Source: an uncultured Actinomycetota bacterium (GTDB lineage Bacteria; Actinomycetota; Actinomycetes; S36-B12; UBA10799). From it: 64,000 nt of DNA. The position numbers and the translations under genes are program-made. The stretch spans positions 210,527 to 274,526 of the forward strand of contig CAVSZD010000011.1 in the NCBI GenBank assembly GCA_963732355.1, read 5' to 3'. Below, one piece after another: positions 8,929 to 18,517 of this stretch; position 1 is the first letter of the stretch; every line of letters begins with the position of its first letter. A model generated the notes under the pieces. It saw only the letters and a program-made list of their open reading frames with translations, made no database searches and was not told the origin of the DNA.

Positions 8929-8983
8929 GACAGCCATACGTGACCTCGGACACGCCCGCCCCGTGACCGGGGTCACATCCGTG

Positions 8984-9823
8984 TCAGCCGAGTTCCAAGG
9001 TGGTGACCCCGAACACCCGCGACCAATCAGTCGCTGGCGGCCGCCCGTAGTACATCCGCGCGCAGGAGAACACTTCCTGGCCACCGAGTTCGGCAGCCCA
9101 GCGCATGGCAGGTGCGTTGACGTCCGGCACGTCAATGAAGACCTCGCAACCAGGCGGAACGTGAGCCATCAACGCCCCCAACAGTGCCTGGGCATACCCC
9201 ACATCGTCAGCGAAGAGAGGCCCGACCTTGTAGCCGCTACGGCAGGGCCGGATAACCGCGTAGCCGCGCAGGCGATCGTCGAGATACGCGACTGCGTAAT
9301 GATCCTCCTGGATCAACCAGGGGCGCAGGAATCGCGGCCGACTGGCGCCGAAACACCGGGCGTCGTACTGGCCGACGCTGCCCACCGGCCCGGACAGCTC
9401 ACGCACATGAGGGTCGACTCGATCATGTACCGCCACCAGGCGCATGCGGTGCTGATCGTGGGCGGTCCGGAATCCACCGGCCGCGTAGAACGGCTCCATC
9501 GCCTTCACGCCGTCCATCGCCAGGGGCGCACCCGGTGGCAGGCGCTCCAGCAGCAGATCCCGTCGGTAGTACCAAAGCCGGTGACCGATCCCGGCCCCTC
9601 GGTGCTCGGGCTTGACGATGAACAGACCCATGAAGCCGAGGGTTCCGTAGTCGATCACCGCACCCCCGCCGGCCAGCTGCCCATCGAGGTCCAGCCCGAC
9701 GAAACCATCCGGATCCGTGGCCCAGAAGGCGTCCGCATCCTGGCCTGGGTTCCAGCCCTCAGCTGCCGCCCAGTCGACGAGAACGTCGACCTCCTCGCGG
9801 ACCAAGGGCCGAAACGAGCTCAC
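8984..9823 (-). CDS. GNAT family N-acetyltransferase (two-domain, YitH-like)
   Basis: ORF track. The GNAT core is FIVKPEHRGAGIGHRLW. The start overlaps the upstream gene's stop by 4 nt. Confidence 0.75.
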   Translation of the reverse strand: MSSFRPLVREEVDVLVDWAAAEGWNPGQDADAFWATDPDGFVGLDLDGQLAGGGAVIDYGTLGFMGLFIVKPEHRGAGIGHRLWYYRRDLLLERLPPGAPLAMDGVKAMEPFYAAGGFRTAHDQHRMRLVAVHDRVDPHVRELSGPVGSVGQYDARCFGASRPRFLRPWLIQEDHYAVAYLDDRLRGYAVIRPCRSGYKVGPLFADDVGYAQALLGALMAHVPPGCEVFIDVPDVNAPAMRWAAELGGQEVFSCARMYYGRPPATDWSRVFGVTTLELG

Positions 9824-10944
9824 CGAGCGGAGTAGGCCTTCTGCTGGCTGCGCACGACGTCGATCAAGTCACCGAGAACAATGTTGATGTCGATCAGGTG
9901 CAGGCCCCAACCGGGGTTGGGGGAACCGGTGAGTTTGCGTGCGTCACCGACACCCTTGACCCGCAGCACGTTGGCCCCGTTCGAGGTCATGCACTTGCCG
10001 GTGTACCGGTCCTTCGGCTTCAGCCATGGGGTCTTGGCCGTCGGCGGCTTGCCGCCGTACAGGACGAACGACGCGGCCCCGAGCAGACCGGGGATTCCGG
10101 AGGTTCGCAAGATCGAGTCCAGCGGTGCCGAGCCGCCCTTCAGCGCCGCCGGGTTGGTGCAGGCCGCCTCGTACTCCACGCCCTCCTGCAACGGCCCGCC
10201 GGGTACCACCCGAACCCGGCCGAAAAGGCTGTCGTCCGGCGGCTTCTGACTGAACGTCGCGTAGCTGATGATGCAGTTGATCTGCTTGTTACGCGTGCAG
10301 ACCGGGATCTGGCTGAAGTCACCGCCCACGTCCTTGCCCTTGGGCACAGCCACGGTGCTGCCGGTCAGCAATGCCGACACCATCTGGGAGCGCGCGGTGG
10401 GGTCGGGTTCGATCTCTTCGCGGATCAGCCGCTTCAGAACCCCGGAACCCTGCGAGTGCCCGATCAGGATGAAGCCGCGGCCCGGGTTGGTCGCACGGTA
10501 CTCCTGCCAGGCGGCCAGCACGTCGGCGTAGCCGAACTCCCGGTCCTCGGGGGTCGCCAACCCGCCGCCGAGGATCGACTTGAGGGTGATCTGGCGGTAC
10601 ATGGGTGCGTACACGTCACACACCTGGCTGAAGCGGGCGGCCTGATGCTGGGCGATCGCCACCTCGACCGGATCGATGTTCAGGTTGGCGACCACAGTCG
10701 CCTGCTCGCTGACGGTCGGGTACACGTAGAAGCAGTCGAACTTCGGCCTCTTCACGGCCTTCGGCTTGACTACCTTTGTGGGCTTGCCAACGGTCTTGAC
10801 GGTGGTCTTCAGCGAACTCTTGCACGGATTCGGACTGGCTCCCGGTCGGCACAACCACACCGTGTCGGCGTGGGCGATCGCCGGAGCGGCCATCACCGAC
10901 ATAGCCATCGCTACCGGCATCACAAATCGAAGTCCTCTGCGCAT
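9820..10944 (-). CDS. Secreted DUF3089-type alpha/beta hydrolase (putative lipase/esterase)
   Basis: Signal peptide ..MAAPAIAHA. CFYVYPT, APMYRQ and the nucleophile elbow GHSQG are typical of the DUF3089 family. Confidence 0.7.
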   Translation of the reverse strand: MRRGLRFVMPVAMAMSVMAAPAIAHADTVWLCRPGASPNPCKSSLKTTVKTVGKPTKVVKPKAVKRPKFDCFYVYPTVSEQATVVANLNIDPVEVAIAQHQAARFSQVCDVYAPMYRQITLKSILGGGLATPEDREFGYADVLAAWQEYRATNPGRGFILIGHSQGSGVLKRLIREEIEPDPTARSQMVSALLTGSTVAVPKGKDVGGDFSQIPVCTRNKQINCIISYATFSQKPPDDSLFGRVRVVPGGPLQEGVEYEAACTNPAALKGGSAPLDSILRTSGIPGLLGAASFVLYGGKPPTAKTPWLKPKDRYTGKCMTSNGANVLRVKGVGDARKLTGSPNPGWGLHLIDINIVLGDLIDVVRSQQKAYSAR

Positions 10945-10963
10945 GTTCGGAAGACTAACCCGA

Positions 10964-10983
10964 GCCGGGCGAACCCGCCCGGC
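10964..10983 (-). terminator. Short GC hairpin after the diguanylate cyclase gene
   Basis: gccgggcg-aacc-cgcccggc (8-bp stem, 4-nt loop), 25 nt downstream of the stop at 11008. The following T-tract is weak. Confidence 0.35.
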
Positions 10984-11007
10984 CTGTTATCCGGGTGTGA
11001 CCTGCGC

Positions 11008-13857
11008 TCACGGATCGACGTAGTCGGGGTCGTACACGACGGTACGGGCGCGACCCTCCCGTTTGGCCCTGTAAAGCGCCGAATCCGCCTGACGCATCGC
11101 TGCGTCCGGATCCTCCCCCGGGCGCACGACCGTCACGCCGATGCTCAACGTCACCGTGATGCTGTGACCCTCGATCAGCATCGGCGCACCCACGCTCGCG
11201 TGCAGCATCTCGGCGACCCCCTGCGCGTCCTGCACAGTGTGGATGGCCGGAAGCACGAGGACGAATTCGTCGCCCCCGAACCGAGCGAGAATGTCGTTGG
11301 CTCGGACCTGCCTCTTGATCCGGCGTGCCACGGTGATGATGATCTCGTCGCCCACAGCATGACCGAAGGTGTCGTTGAGCGGTTTGAGACCGTCGAGGTC
11401 GATGAATAGGACGCCCACGTTCACACCTGTTCGCTGGGTACGACCCAGCACCCCAGAGACTCTGGTCACCAGTTCGCGCCGGTTCAACAGTTCCGTGAGG
11501 GAGTCGTGGGTGGCCATGAAGCGCAACTGCTCGCGGGTCTGCCGAGCCTCTGTGACATCGGCGAACTGCGACACGAACGCGGTGGCGCGGCCTTGACCGT
11601 CCCGCAATACCCCGATCGACTGCTCCACGGTGAGCCGCTCACCGTCAGAGCGCACCATCTGGTGGTCGCGGCTCAGTGAGCCCGCCTGGCCGGCCAGCAC
11701 CTGGGCGCGCAGGCGGCGGTCGACGTCGTCGTCGAGCGGATCGAGAACATCGGCGATCGTATGTCCGAGCAACCACCGCTCGGGCCGGCCGAGCAGTTGG
11801 CACAGTGCCGGATTGACCTCCAGGAACTCCCTGTCGAGACCGATCACGGCCATGCCCGATGGGGCCGAGTCCATGGCCGCCCGGAACCGTTCCTCGCTGG
11901 AGCGCAGGGCTTCTCTGGCCACGTGCTCGGCCTGCACGTTGCGCAGTCGTCCGACCCGGCCCATTACCGTCCCCTCATCATTGATCAATGGTCGGGACGC
12001 CACGTCCATCCAGATGTAGGTTCCATCGGCCTTACGGCAGCGACCTTCGAAGTCCACCGGTTCGTCGTGGTCGATCCTGACTCGCGCGGAATCCGGCAGA
12101 TCCTGCGACATCACATATCTGCCCATGGGTTCTCCGAGCACTTCGTCCACCGGCCAGCCCATGACGTCGGTGACCGACGGCGAGATCCACTCCAGAATCC
12201 CCGTGGGAGACGAGCGGAAGACGACATCTGAGGAGTTCTCAGCCATCATCCGGTAGTGCTCCTCGGACCGGGTCAACGCATTCTGAGCTTCGACCATGGA
12301 CGTGATGTCCACGATCTGAGAGATGAAGTAGCGCACATTGCCTGTCTCGTCGCGCACGCAGGACACCGTCAAGTCGGCCCAGACGACGTCGCCGTCCGGC
12401 CGCAAGTAACGCTTGGCCAATCGGTACGTTTCGCGGTGGCCATCGGCGATCTGCTGCACCAGCTCGGCGTCCGAATCAAGGTCATCGGGGTGGGTGAGCT
12501 CTTGCCAGCTGGACTTCATCAGCAACTTCTCATCGCGCCCCAGGATCTCGCAAATCGTCGGATTCACACTCTGAAAGGAGCCGTCAGGGGCGACGATGGC
12601 CATGCCGATGCCAGCATCCATCATCGAGCGCCGGAAACGTTCCTCGGACTCAGCCAGCGCGAGTTGCGCGTCACGCTGGGCTTGAATGTCGCGCATAGCG
12701 TCGACCCCGCCGATCAGGCGACCGTCGTCGTCTACGAGCGCCCTGCCCAGCACGCTCATCCAGCGCCACTGGCCATCAGCGGTAGCCAAACGCAGTTCGA
12801 TGCGCCCGAAGTACTGGCCATCAGCGATCAGCTCGCGCTGCGTCTGCCTGACCCGCTCAAGGTCCTGGGGGTGGACGAAGTCCGACATGGGTGTGCCGAC
12901 GAAGACATCCGGGGTGAAACCGACAACTCTCTCGGTGGACGGGCTCGCCCACTCGATGCGACCGTCGGGGCCGGTCTGGAAGACCAACTCTGAGGCGTTC
13001 TCCGCAAGCAGCCGGTAGTGCTCGCGCGACTCGGCGATCTCCTGCGACGCCGTCACCCTCCCGGTCACGTCTCGGTAGGTGAAGTTCACACCATCATCCA
13101 CCGCAACCCCGCGCACGTCGTAGATCCGCCGCGAACCGTCCGGGCCGATGACTACCTGTTCATCGAGATCAACGGATTGCCCGGTCTCCAGGACCGACTT
13201 CCCAAGTCTCAGGACCAAATCGGCCGCTTGCCCCGTCCACACCTCATGCAGTCGGTGCCCGATCAACTGCTCGGGGGTGCGGCCCAGGTACCGACAACTG
13301 GCGGAGTTGACACGGGTGTAAATGAGATCAACGACGTCTCCATGCGCGTCCCGCAGCGGCATGAACATCTCGTTGGGGTCCAGCAGCGAGTCCAGCGTGG
13401 CGCGTAACTGGGTCTCGGCCCTCGCGATGTCCCGATCTCGCTCGTAACGCTGCGTGACGTCCCACCAGGAACAGCCGAGACCGTCGCCCACTTTGCAGGC
13501 ACTGATGTCGTAGTAGCGAAGATCCCCGTCGGGCGGTGTGTCGACGAACCCGAAGTCGTCGAGCTCGAGCGACTCACCGGTCTCGACCGTTTGCACGAAG
13601 TAGTCAAACAGGACTGCGTCGCCGGTGCGGCTGTGCAGCTCGAGCAGGCTGTGCCCCACGATCTCGTCGCGGGACAGGCCGTATTCCTTACGCGCAGCCT
13701 CATTGAGCGCGCGGTACCGGAAGTCCACGATCCGGCGCTGCTGGTCACGCACGCTGTCCATCAGGACGTACGGGTCGAGCAGGGACTCGATGTTCACCAG
13801 CACCGGCGCCAGGGCCTGACCCGCGATCGGGTCCGGCCTCACCGGGTCTTCGCGCAT
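11008..13857 (-). CDS. Multi-PAS sensor diguanylate cyclase (GGDEF)
   Basis: ORF 11008..13875. ATG 13857 has GGAAGGGG upstream. PAC-end-like motifs recur six times (WWDVTQR, YRDVTGR, MRDIQAQ, IVDITSM, LRNVQAE, FADVTEA). The C-terminal GGDEF domain has RFGGDEFVLVL. Confidence 0.85.
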   Translation of the reverse strand: MREDPVRPDPIAGQALAPVLVNIESLLDPYVLMDSVRDQQRRIVDFRYRALNEAARKEYGLSRDEIVGHSLLELHSRTGDAVLFDYFVQTVETGESLELDDFGFVDTPPDGDLRYYDISACKVGDGLGCSWWDVTQRYERDRDIARAETQLRATLDSLLDPNEMFMPLRDAHGDVVDLIYTRVNSASCRYLGRTPEQLIGHRLHEVWTGQAADLVLRLGKSVLETGQSVDLDEQVVIGPDGSRRIYDVRGVAVDDGVNFTYRDVTGRVTASQEIAESREHYRLLAENASELVFQTGPDGRIEWASPSTERVVGFTPDVFVGTPMSDFVHPQDLERVRQTQRELIADGQYFGRIELRLATADGQWRWMSVLGRALVDDDGRLIGGVDAMRDIQAQRDAQLALAESEERFRRSMMDAGIGMAIVAPDGSFQSVNPTICEILGRDEKLLMKSSWQELTHPDDLDSDAELVQQIADGHRETYRLAKRYLRPDGDVVWADLTVSCVRDETGNVRYFISQIVDITSMVEAQNALTRSEEHYRMMAENSSDVVFRSSPTGILEWISPSVTDVMGWPVDEVLGEPMGRYVMSQDLPDSARVRIDHDEPVDFEGRCRKADGTYIWMDVASRPLINDEGTVMGRVGRLRNVQAEHVAREALRSSEERFRAAMDSAPSGMAVIGLDREFLEVNPALCQLLGRPERWLLGHTIADVLDPLDDDVDRRLRAQVLAGQAGSLSRDHQMVRSDGERLTVEQSIGVLRDGQGRATAFVSQFADVTEARQTREQLRFMATHDSLTELLNRRELVTRVSGVLGRTQRTGVNVGVLFIDLDGLKPLNDTFGHAVGDEIIITVARRIKRQVRANDILARFGGDEFVLVLPAIHTVQDAQGVAEMLHASVGAPMLIEGHSITVTLSIGVTVVRPGEDPDAAMRQADSALYRAKREGRARTVVYDPDYVDP

Positions 13858-14061
13858 CGTCGTCCCCTTCCTCAATCCTCACCGTAGAACGCGGGTCCGA
13901 CACATGGCTCGATGTTGTGCACACCCTAGTTGAGCACTTGCTCAAGTAGGGGTTACAGTAGAGGTGTTCCCACAACCAGGGAACCGCCGACCGGGGTGGG
14001 TCCGACCACCTGCGGAGTCTGCCCCCTTCGACGACCTACCTACCGGAAGGTTGTCCATTTC

Positions 14062-15087
14062 ATGCGAACACCTCGCAACTTCATCGACACCCAGGACCTC
14101 GGGCCAGACACGATCCGCGCCCAAATGGATCTCATCGCCCTGCTCAAGCAGGCGGACAAGCAGAACGCATGCCCACGCCTGCTCGAAGGCGCGTCACTGG
14201 GAATGATCTTCGAAGAGGCCTCGACCCGCACGCGCGTATCCTTCGAGGTCGCCATGACCAAACTCGGCGGCCACGCGCTGTACCTGAAGCCCGGCGAGAT
14301 CCACTTGGGCGCCAAGGAGAACATCAAGGACACCGCGCAGGTCCTGTCCCGTATGGTCGACGCCGTCGAGATCAGGGCGTTCAAGCACGAGACGGTAACC
14401 GACTTCGCCGAGCACGCCGCGGTGCCGGTGATCAACGGCCTCACCGACTACAACCACCCGACGCAAGCCGTCTGTGATGCGTTCACAATGACCGAGCACA
14501 GCGAGAAGCCGTTCTCGGAGATCACCGTGGTCTTCGTCGGCGACGCCACCAACGTCTGCACCTCCACCGCGCAGATCGTCACGATGCTCGGCGGCACGTT
14601 CATCCACGCCCGCCCCGAGCAGTACGGCATCAAGGCCCAATGGCCCACAGTGCTCGACGAGATCGCCCGCAACGAGGAGTTGTACGGCGGTCGCTACTTC
14701 GAGACCGAGAACGTCGAAGAGGCCGTCGTCAACGCCGACTTCATCTACACCGACCTGTGGTGGTGGTTCGGCCAGGAGGACGAGATCCCCGAGCGCGTCA
14801 AGGCGTTCAAGCCGCGCTACCAGGTCAACGCCCAACTCATGGCTCGCGCGCCTGAGCACGCGAAGTTCATGCACTGCCTGCCCGCCTCTCGGGGCGTGGA
14901 GGCCACCGACGAGGTGATGGACTCCCCGCAGTCGATCATTTACGACCAGAGTGAGAACCGCCTGCACACTGAAAAGGGCCTGCTCGCCTGGTACATCACC
15001 CCCAACCTCGAGCTCCCCACGACGGCGCTGCGCGCCTACCACGAGGGTCGCATCGAGTCCTTCCTTCACGACGCCGTCCAGAGGTGA
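14062..15087 (+). CDS. ptcA: Carbamoyltransferase of OTC/PTC family, putrescine carbamoyltransferase-like
   Basis: ORF 13930..15087; ATG 14062 gives MRTPRNFIDTQDL. Motifs STRTR, HPTQ and HCLP are present. The OTC SMG loop is replaced (TDLWWWFGQEDE). There is a ~35-aa C-terminal extension. The gene is adjacent to an agmatine deiminase. Confidence 0.7.
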   Translation: MRTPRNFIDTQDLGPDTIRAQMDLIALLKQADKQNACPRLLEGASLGMIFEEASTRTRVSFEVAMTKLGGHALYLKPGEIHLGAKENIKDTAQVLSRMVDAVEIRAFKHETVTDFAEHAAVPVINGLTDYNHPTQAVCDAFTMTEHSEKPFSEITVVFVGDATNVCTSTAQIVTMLGGTFIHARPEQYGIKAQWPTVLDEIARNEELYGGRYFETENVEEAVVNADFIYTDLWWWFGQEDEIPERVKAFKPRYQVNAQLMARAPEHAKFMHCLPASRGVEATDEVMDSPQSIIYDQSENRLHTEKGLLAWYITPNLELPTTALRAYHEGRIESFLHDAVQR

Positions 15088-15092
15088 GCACA

Positions 15093-16594
15093 ATGAGCAC
15101 TTCGACTGGGCAAGCCAGTCAAACCACAGCCCCCCGCGCCCTGCGCATGTTCGACATGATCCTCTTCAGCGTGTGCGCGATCCTGCTATTGAGTCAGGTC
15201 ACGCTCACCGCGCAGATCGGTCCATCGGCGATCGTGTGGACCGTGCTGATGATCGTGCTGTTCTTCCTGCCGTACGGGCTCATGACCGCCGAGCTGGGGT
15301 CGACCTACCCCGACACCGGCGGCATCTACTCCTGGATCGTGCGCGCCTTCGGCAACCGCTGGGGAACACGCGTCTCCTGGTGGTACTGGCTCAACGTCGC
15401 ACTGTGGGTGCCATCGGTCTACTTGATGTTCTCCGTGGTGCTCAGTCCGACATGTTCTTCCCGGACCTCGGCTTCTGGCCGCAGGTGGGCATCGCGATGG
15501 TGCTTATCGGAATCAACTGGATGGTCAACGTCCTGACTTTGGACACCGGTAAGTGGGTATCCAACCTGGGCGCCATCATCACGGTGGGAGTCATCGTGCT
15601 GATCGGCATCGCGGGAGTCGTGGCGTGGACCACCGATGGATCGGCCACCGAATGGTCAGGCACGAACATGGTGCCGACCGTTTCCTCCGTGGCGCTGGCA
15701 CTGCCGATCATCATCTACAACTTCCTCGGTTTCGAACTCATGAGCAGCGCGAGCAACGAGATGCGCAACCCGCGTCGCGACGTTCCGCGGACCATCGTGA
15801 TCGCCGGTGTGCTGATCGGCGCGTTCTACCTCATCTCAACCGTCGGCATGCAGGTCGTGATGCCGGCCGAGGAGATCTCCGAGACCAGTGGGCTGATGGA
15901 CGTGTTGAGGGCCGTGTTCGGCTCCGGGGTGCTCATCACCATCGTCGGCATCGGCATCCTTTACGCCTTCTTCGCCGCATTGATCCCCTGGACCATCGGG
16001 GCCAACCGCGCCGCCGCCGAGGCCTCCGAGCAGGGGGACCTGCCGCCGGTCTTCAAGCGGATGAGCGCCAAGCACCGCACTCCGGTAGGCGCAGCCGGCC
16101 TGACCGCGTTGGTCAGTGCCGCGATCACGCTGATCTACGGCGTGCTGTTCTCGGTGACCAACGGTGACATCGACTCACTGTTCTGGAGTCTGTTCGCATT
16201 CAGTTCGATCGTGTTCCTGCTCCCCTACGTCGCGATGTCGCTGGCGTTCGTGAGGTTGCGCCGGATCGACGCCGACGCCCACCGTCCTTACCGCGTTCCT
16301 GGCGGCAGGACCGGTGCTTGGCTGTCAGCGGTGCTCGTACTGGTCCTGCTGGCCGCAGCGGTGTTCTTCTTCATGTGGAACCCGTGGGTGGAGTTCGACG
16401 CGACCACCACCTGGCTGATCGCCGGCGGGTTGGCAGCCACTGTCATCGCCCAGGAGATCTTCGTGGCAATGTCGCCGCGCTGGAAGGACCACGTGCACCC
16501 GGAGGCATCCGCGCAGGTCGAGCTGGACGGCACCGCACCCGACACTGCCGAGGGCATCGAGCGCAGCTACCAGCCACACGGGGGCGAGCGCTGA
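15093..16594 (+). pseudogene. APC-family amino acid/polyamine permease (agmatine/putrescine antiporter-like), frame broken once (~15425-15450)
   Basis: ORF 15084..15536 is APC-like up to ..VPSVYLMFSVVL and is then nonsense. ORF 14951..16594 is nonsense until ..SDMFFPDLGFWPQVGIAMVLIG and then runs as a full permease. The start overlaps/abuts the ptcA stop (GTGA; ATG 15093 with AGAGGTGA upstream). Confidence 0.75.
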
Positions 16595-17697
16595 TGACCA
16601 GGATCCTGACGAGCACCCCGAAGGCCGACGGCTTCCGGATGCCGGCCGAATGGGAACGGCAGTGCAATTGCTGGATGGTCTGGCCCGAGCGGCCCGACAA
16701 CTGGCGCCTCGGTGGCAAGCCGGCTCAAGAGGCCTTCAGCAAGGTCGCGCAGGTGATCTGCGAGCACGAACCGTTGACGATGGTGGTCTCCGGGCAGCAG
16801 TACGTCAACGCCCGCGAGCACCTTCCGGCCAACATCCGGGAGGTGGAGATGACCACCGACGACTCCTGGATGCGCGACACTGGGCCGACGTTCGTCATCA
16901 ACCACGCCGGTGAGTTACGCGGTGTGGATTGGAGGTTCAACGCCTGGGGCGGCCTGGAGGGGGGCTTGTACTTCCCCTGGGACCACGACGACTTGGTGGC
17001 CCGCAAGGTCCTCGAGATGGAGGGTGTGCCGATGTACCGCGCGGACTTCGTCCTCGAGGGCGGCTCGATCGACGTGGACGGTCAAGGCACGATTCTGACG
17101 ACCGAGGAGTGCCTGCTCAACCACAACCGCAATCCCGAGCTGACCAAGCGGGACATCGAGTACAACCTGTGCGAGTACCTCGGCGCCGACAAGGTGATCT
17201 GGCTGCCTCGCGGTGTCTACCTCGACGAGACCGACGGGCACGTGGACAACTTCGCGCGCTTCGCCGCCCCTGGGGTCGTGATGCTCACCTGGACCGACGA
17301 CGAGAACGATCCGCAGTGGGAGATCAGCAACGAGGCGCTGCGGGTGCTCCAGAGCGAGACCGATGCTCGCGGCCGGACCCTGGAGGTGGTGAAGCTACAC
17401 CAGCCCGGACCCATCCACATCACCGCTGAGGAGGCGGCCGGGGTTGATCATGTCCCTGGCGTGCAGCCTCGAGTCGAAGGTGAGCGGCTGGCCGGGTCGT
17501 ACGTGAACTCATTCATCGGCAATGGCGTGGTGGTTCTGCCGGTTTTCGACGATCCCCATGACGAGGACGCGATCCTGGCGTACAAGCGGCTCTTTCCAGA
17601 CCGCGAGATCGCCACAGTGCCGGGACGGGAGATCCTGCTCGGTGGCGGTAACGTCCACTGCATCACCCAGCAGGAACCCAGTGGAGTGCGTGGATGA
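16594..17697 (+). CDS. aguA: Agmatine deiminase
   Basis: Internal ATG 16594 of ORF 16318..17697 overlaps the permease stop (TGATG). Sequence [21 protein letters not shown].., DSWMRDTGP, and the C-terminal catalytic-Cys motif [13 protein letters not shown]. Confidence 0.85.
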   Translation: MTRILTSTPKADGFRMPAEWERQCNCWMVWPERPDNWRLGGKPAQEAFSKVAQVICEHEPLTMVVSGQQYVNAREHLPANIREVEMTTDDSWMRDTGPTFVINHAGELRGVDWRFNAWGGLEGGLYFPWDHDDLVARKVLEMEGVPMYRADFVLEGGSIDVDGQGTILTTEECLLNHNRNPELTKRDIEYNLCEYLGADKVIWLPRGVYLDETDGHVDNFARFAAPGVVMLTWTDDENDPQWEISNEALRVLQSETDARGRTLEVVKLHQPGPIHITAEEAAGVDHVPGVQPRVEGERLAGSYVNSFIGNGVVVLPVFDDPHDEDAILAYKRLFPDREIATVPGREILLGGGNVHCITQQEPSGVRG

Positions 17698-18290
17698 CCA
17701 ACCAGGTGCACATGTCGGCCGGCGACCGGCGGGAATCGCTGATCGCCGCGGCAGTGCGCGCCATCCGCAGTAACGGGATGCTCGAGTCGAGCACCCGCAC
17801 GGTGGCTGCAGAGGCCGGGGTCAGCACCGGCCTCATGCACCACTACTTCACAAGTTACGACGACCTCATGGCGGCCGCCTTCGAACGGGTCGCCGCCGAG
17901 GACCTTCAGCGGGCTCGCGAGCTCGTGGGTTCGCAGAAGACTCCCGCCGAACGCCTCGATGCGATCGTTGATGAGTTCCAGCCCGCCCACGACGCCTGGC
18001 AGTTCCAGTGGTGGATGGATGCCTGGAGCAGTTCGGCGCGGCACCCCGCCGTGCGGGATATCGCGGCCCGACTCAACGCAGGCTGGCAACAACTGATCGA
18101 GGAGATTCTGCGTGACGGGGTGGCCGCTGGCGAGTTCGTATGTCCCGATCCACGTGCCTCGGCCTGGCGGCTGCTGGCCTTGCTGGACGGGTTGACGATC
18201 CAGGTGGTGGCACAGACTGCCGGACCGGGCCGGTCCGACGTCGAAGTGTGGTCGCGCCGGGCGGCCAGGGTCGAGACCGGTCGGGCTTGA
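17694..18290 (+). CDS. TetR family transcriptional regulator
   Basis: The N-terminal [26 protein letters not shown] is TetR-like. The start overlaps the aguA stop by 4 nt. Confidence 0.8.
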   Translation: MTNQVHMSAGDRRESLIAAAVRAIRSNGMLESSTRTVAAEAGVSTGLMHHYFTSYDDLMAAAFERVAAEDLQRARELVGSQKTPAERLDAIVDEFQPAHDAWQFQWWMDAWSSSARHPAVRDIAARLNAGWQQLIEEILRDGVAAGEFVCPDPRASAWRLLALLDGLTIQVVAQTAGPGRSDVEVWSRRAARVETGRA

Positions 18291-18313
18291 ACCCTGCCCA
18301 ACCCGCCTGGTCG

Positions 18314-18382
18314 CCCCAACCCGTCCTGGTTAGAGGCCCCAACCCGTCCTGGTTAGAGGCCCCAACCCGTCCTGGTTAGAGG
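18314..18382. repeat. Three tandem 23-bp units ccccaacccgtcctggttagagg
   Basis: Identical units at 18314-18336, 18337-18359 and 18360-18382. The last unit runs directly into the left arm of the palindromic element. Confidence 0.9.
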
Positions 18383-18442
18383 TTGTGCTGTTGGTTAGCG
18401 AAACAACGTGTGGATTCGCTAACCAACAGCACAACCTCTAAC
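18375..18442. repeat. Palindromic intergenic element, copy B (perfect 28-bp stem, 12-nt loop)
   Basis: Left arm 18375-18402 is the exact reverse complement of right arm 18415-18442. The loop is acaacgtgtgga. The left arm is identical to copy A; overall there are 3 differences from copy A, one in the loop and two in the right arm. Confidence 0.9.
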
Positions 18443-18512
18443 GCGGAGGCGGGGAGGCGGGGGAGGCGGGTGAGGCGGGCGAGGCGGGGCGAGGCGGCCG
18501 GGCGGCGGCGAG
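18443..18512. repeat. G-rich imperfect GAGGCGG(G) tandem tract
   Basis: gcggaggcggggaggcgggggaggcgggtgaggcgggcgaggcggggcgaggcggccgggcggcggcgag. It has five or more G3+ runs separated by loops of 7 nt or less, which fits the G-quadruplex pattern on the + strand. Confidence 0.75.
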
Positions 18513-18517
18513 ACCCG

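Noticed and set aside
8130-8983. ydaO/c-di-AMP riboswitch upstream of the wall-hydrolase paralogues (also considered for 1826..2044)
   Set aside because: I could not find the conserved GGGGACCCA / GGGGUGAAUC / CCGACAGCUxACCUCGUA blocks on the mRNA strand. A partial CCGACAGC..ACCUCG match at ~8926-8948 is on the wrong strand.
18443-18512. G-rich tract as coding sequence (ORFs 18438..18668, 18383..19180)
   Set aside because: It translates to low-complexity poly-(Ala/Gly/Arg/Pro) peptides in every frame. It lies between two convergent stop codons and is better described as a simple repeat.
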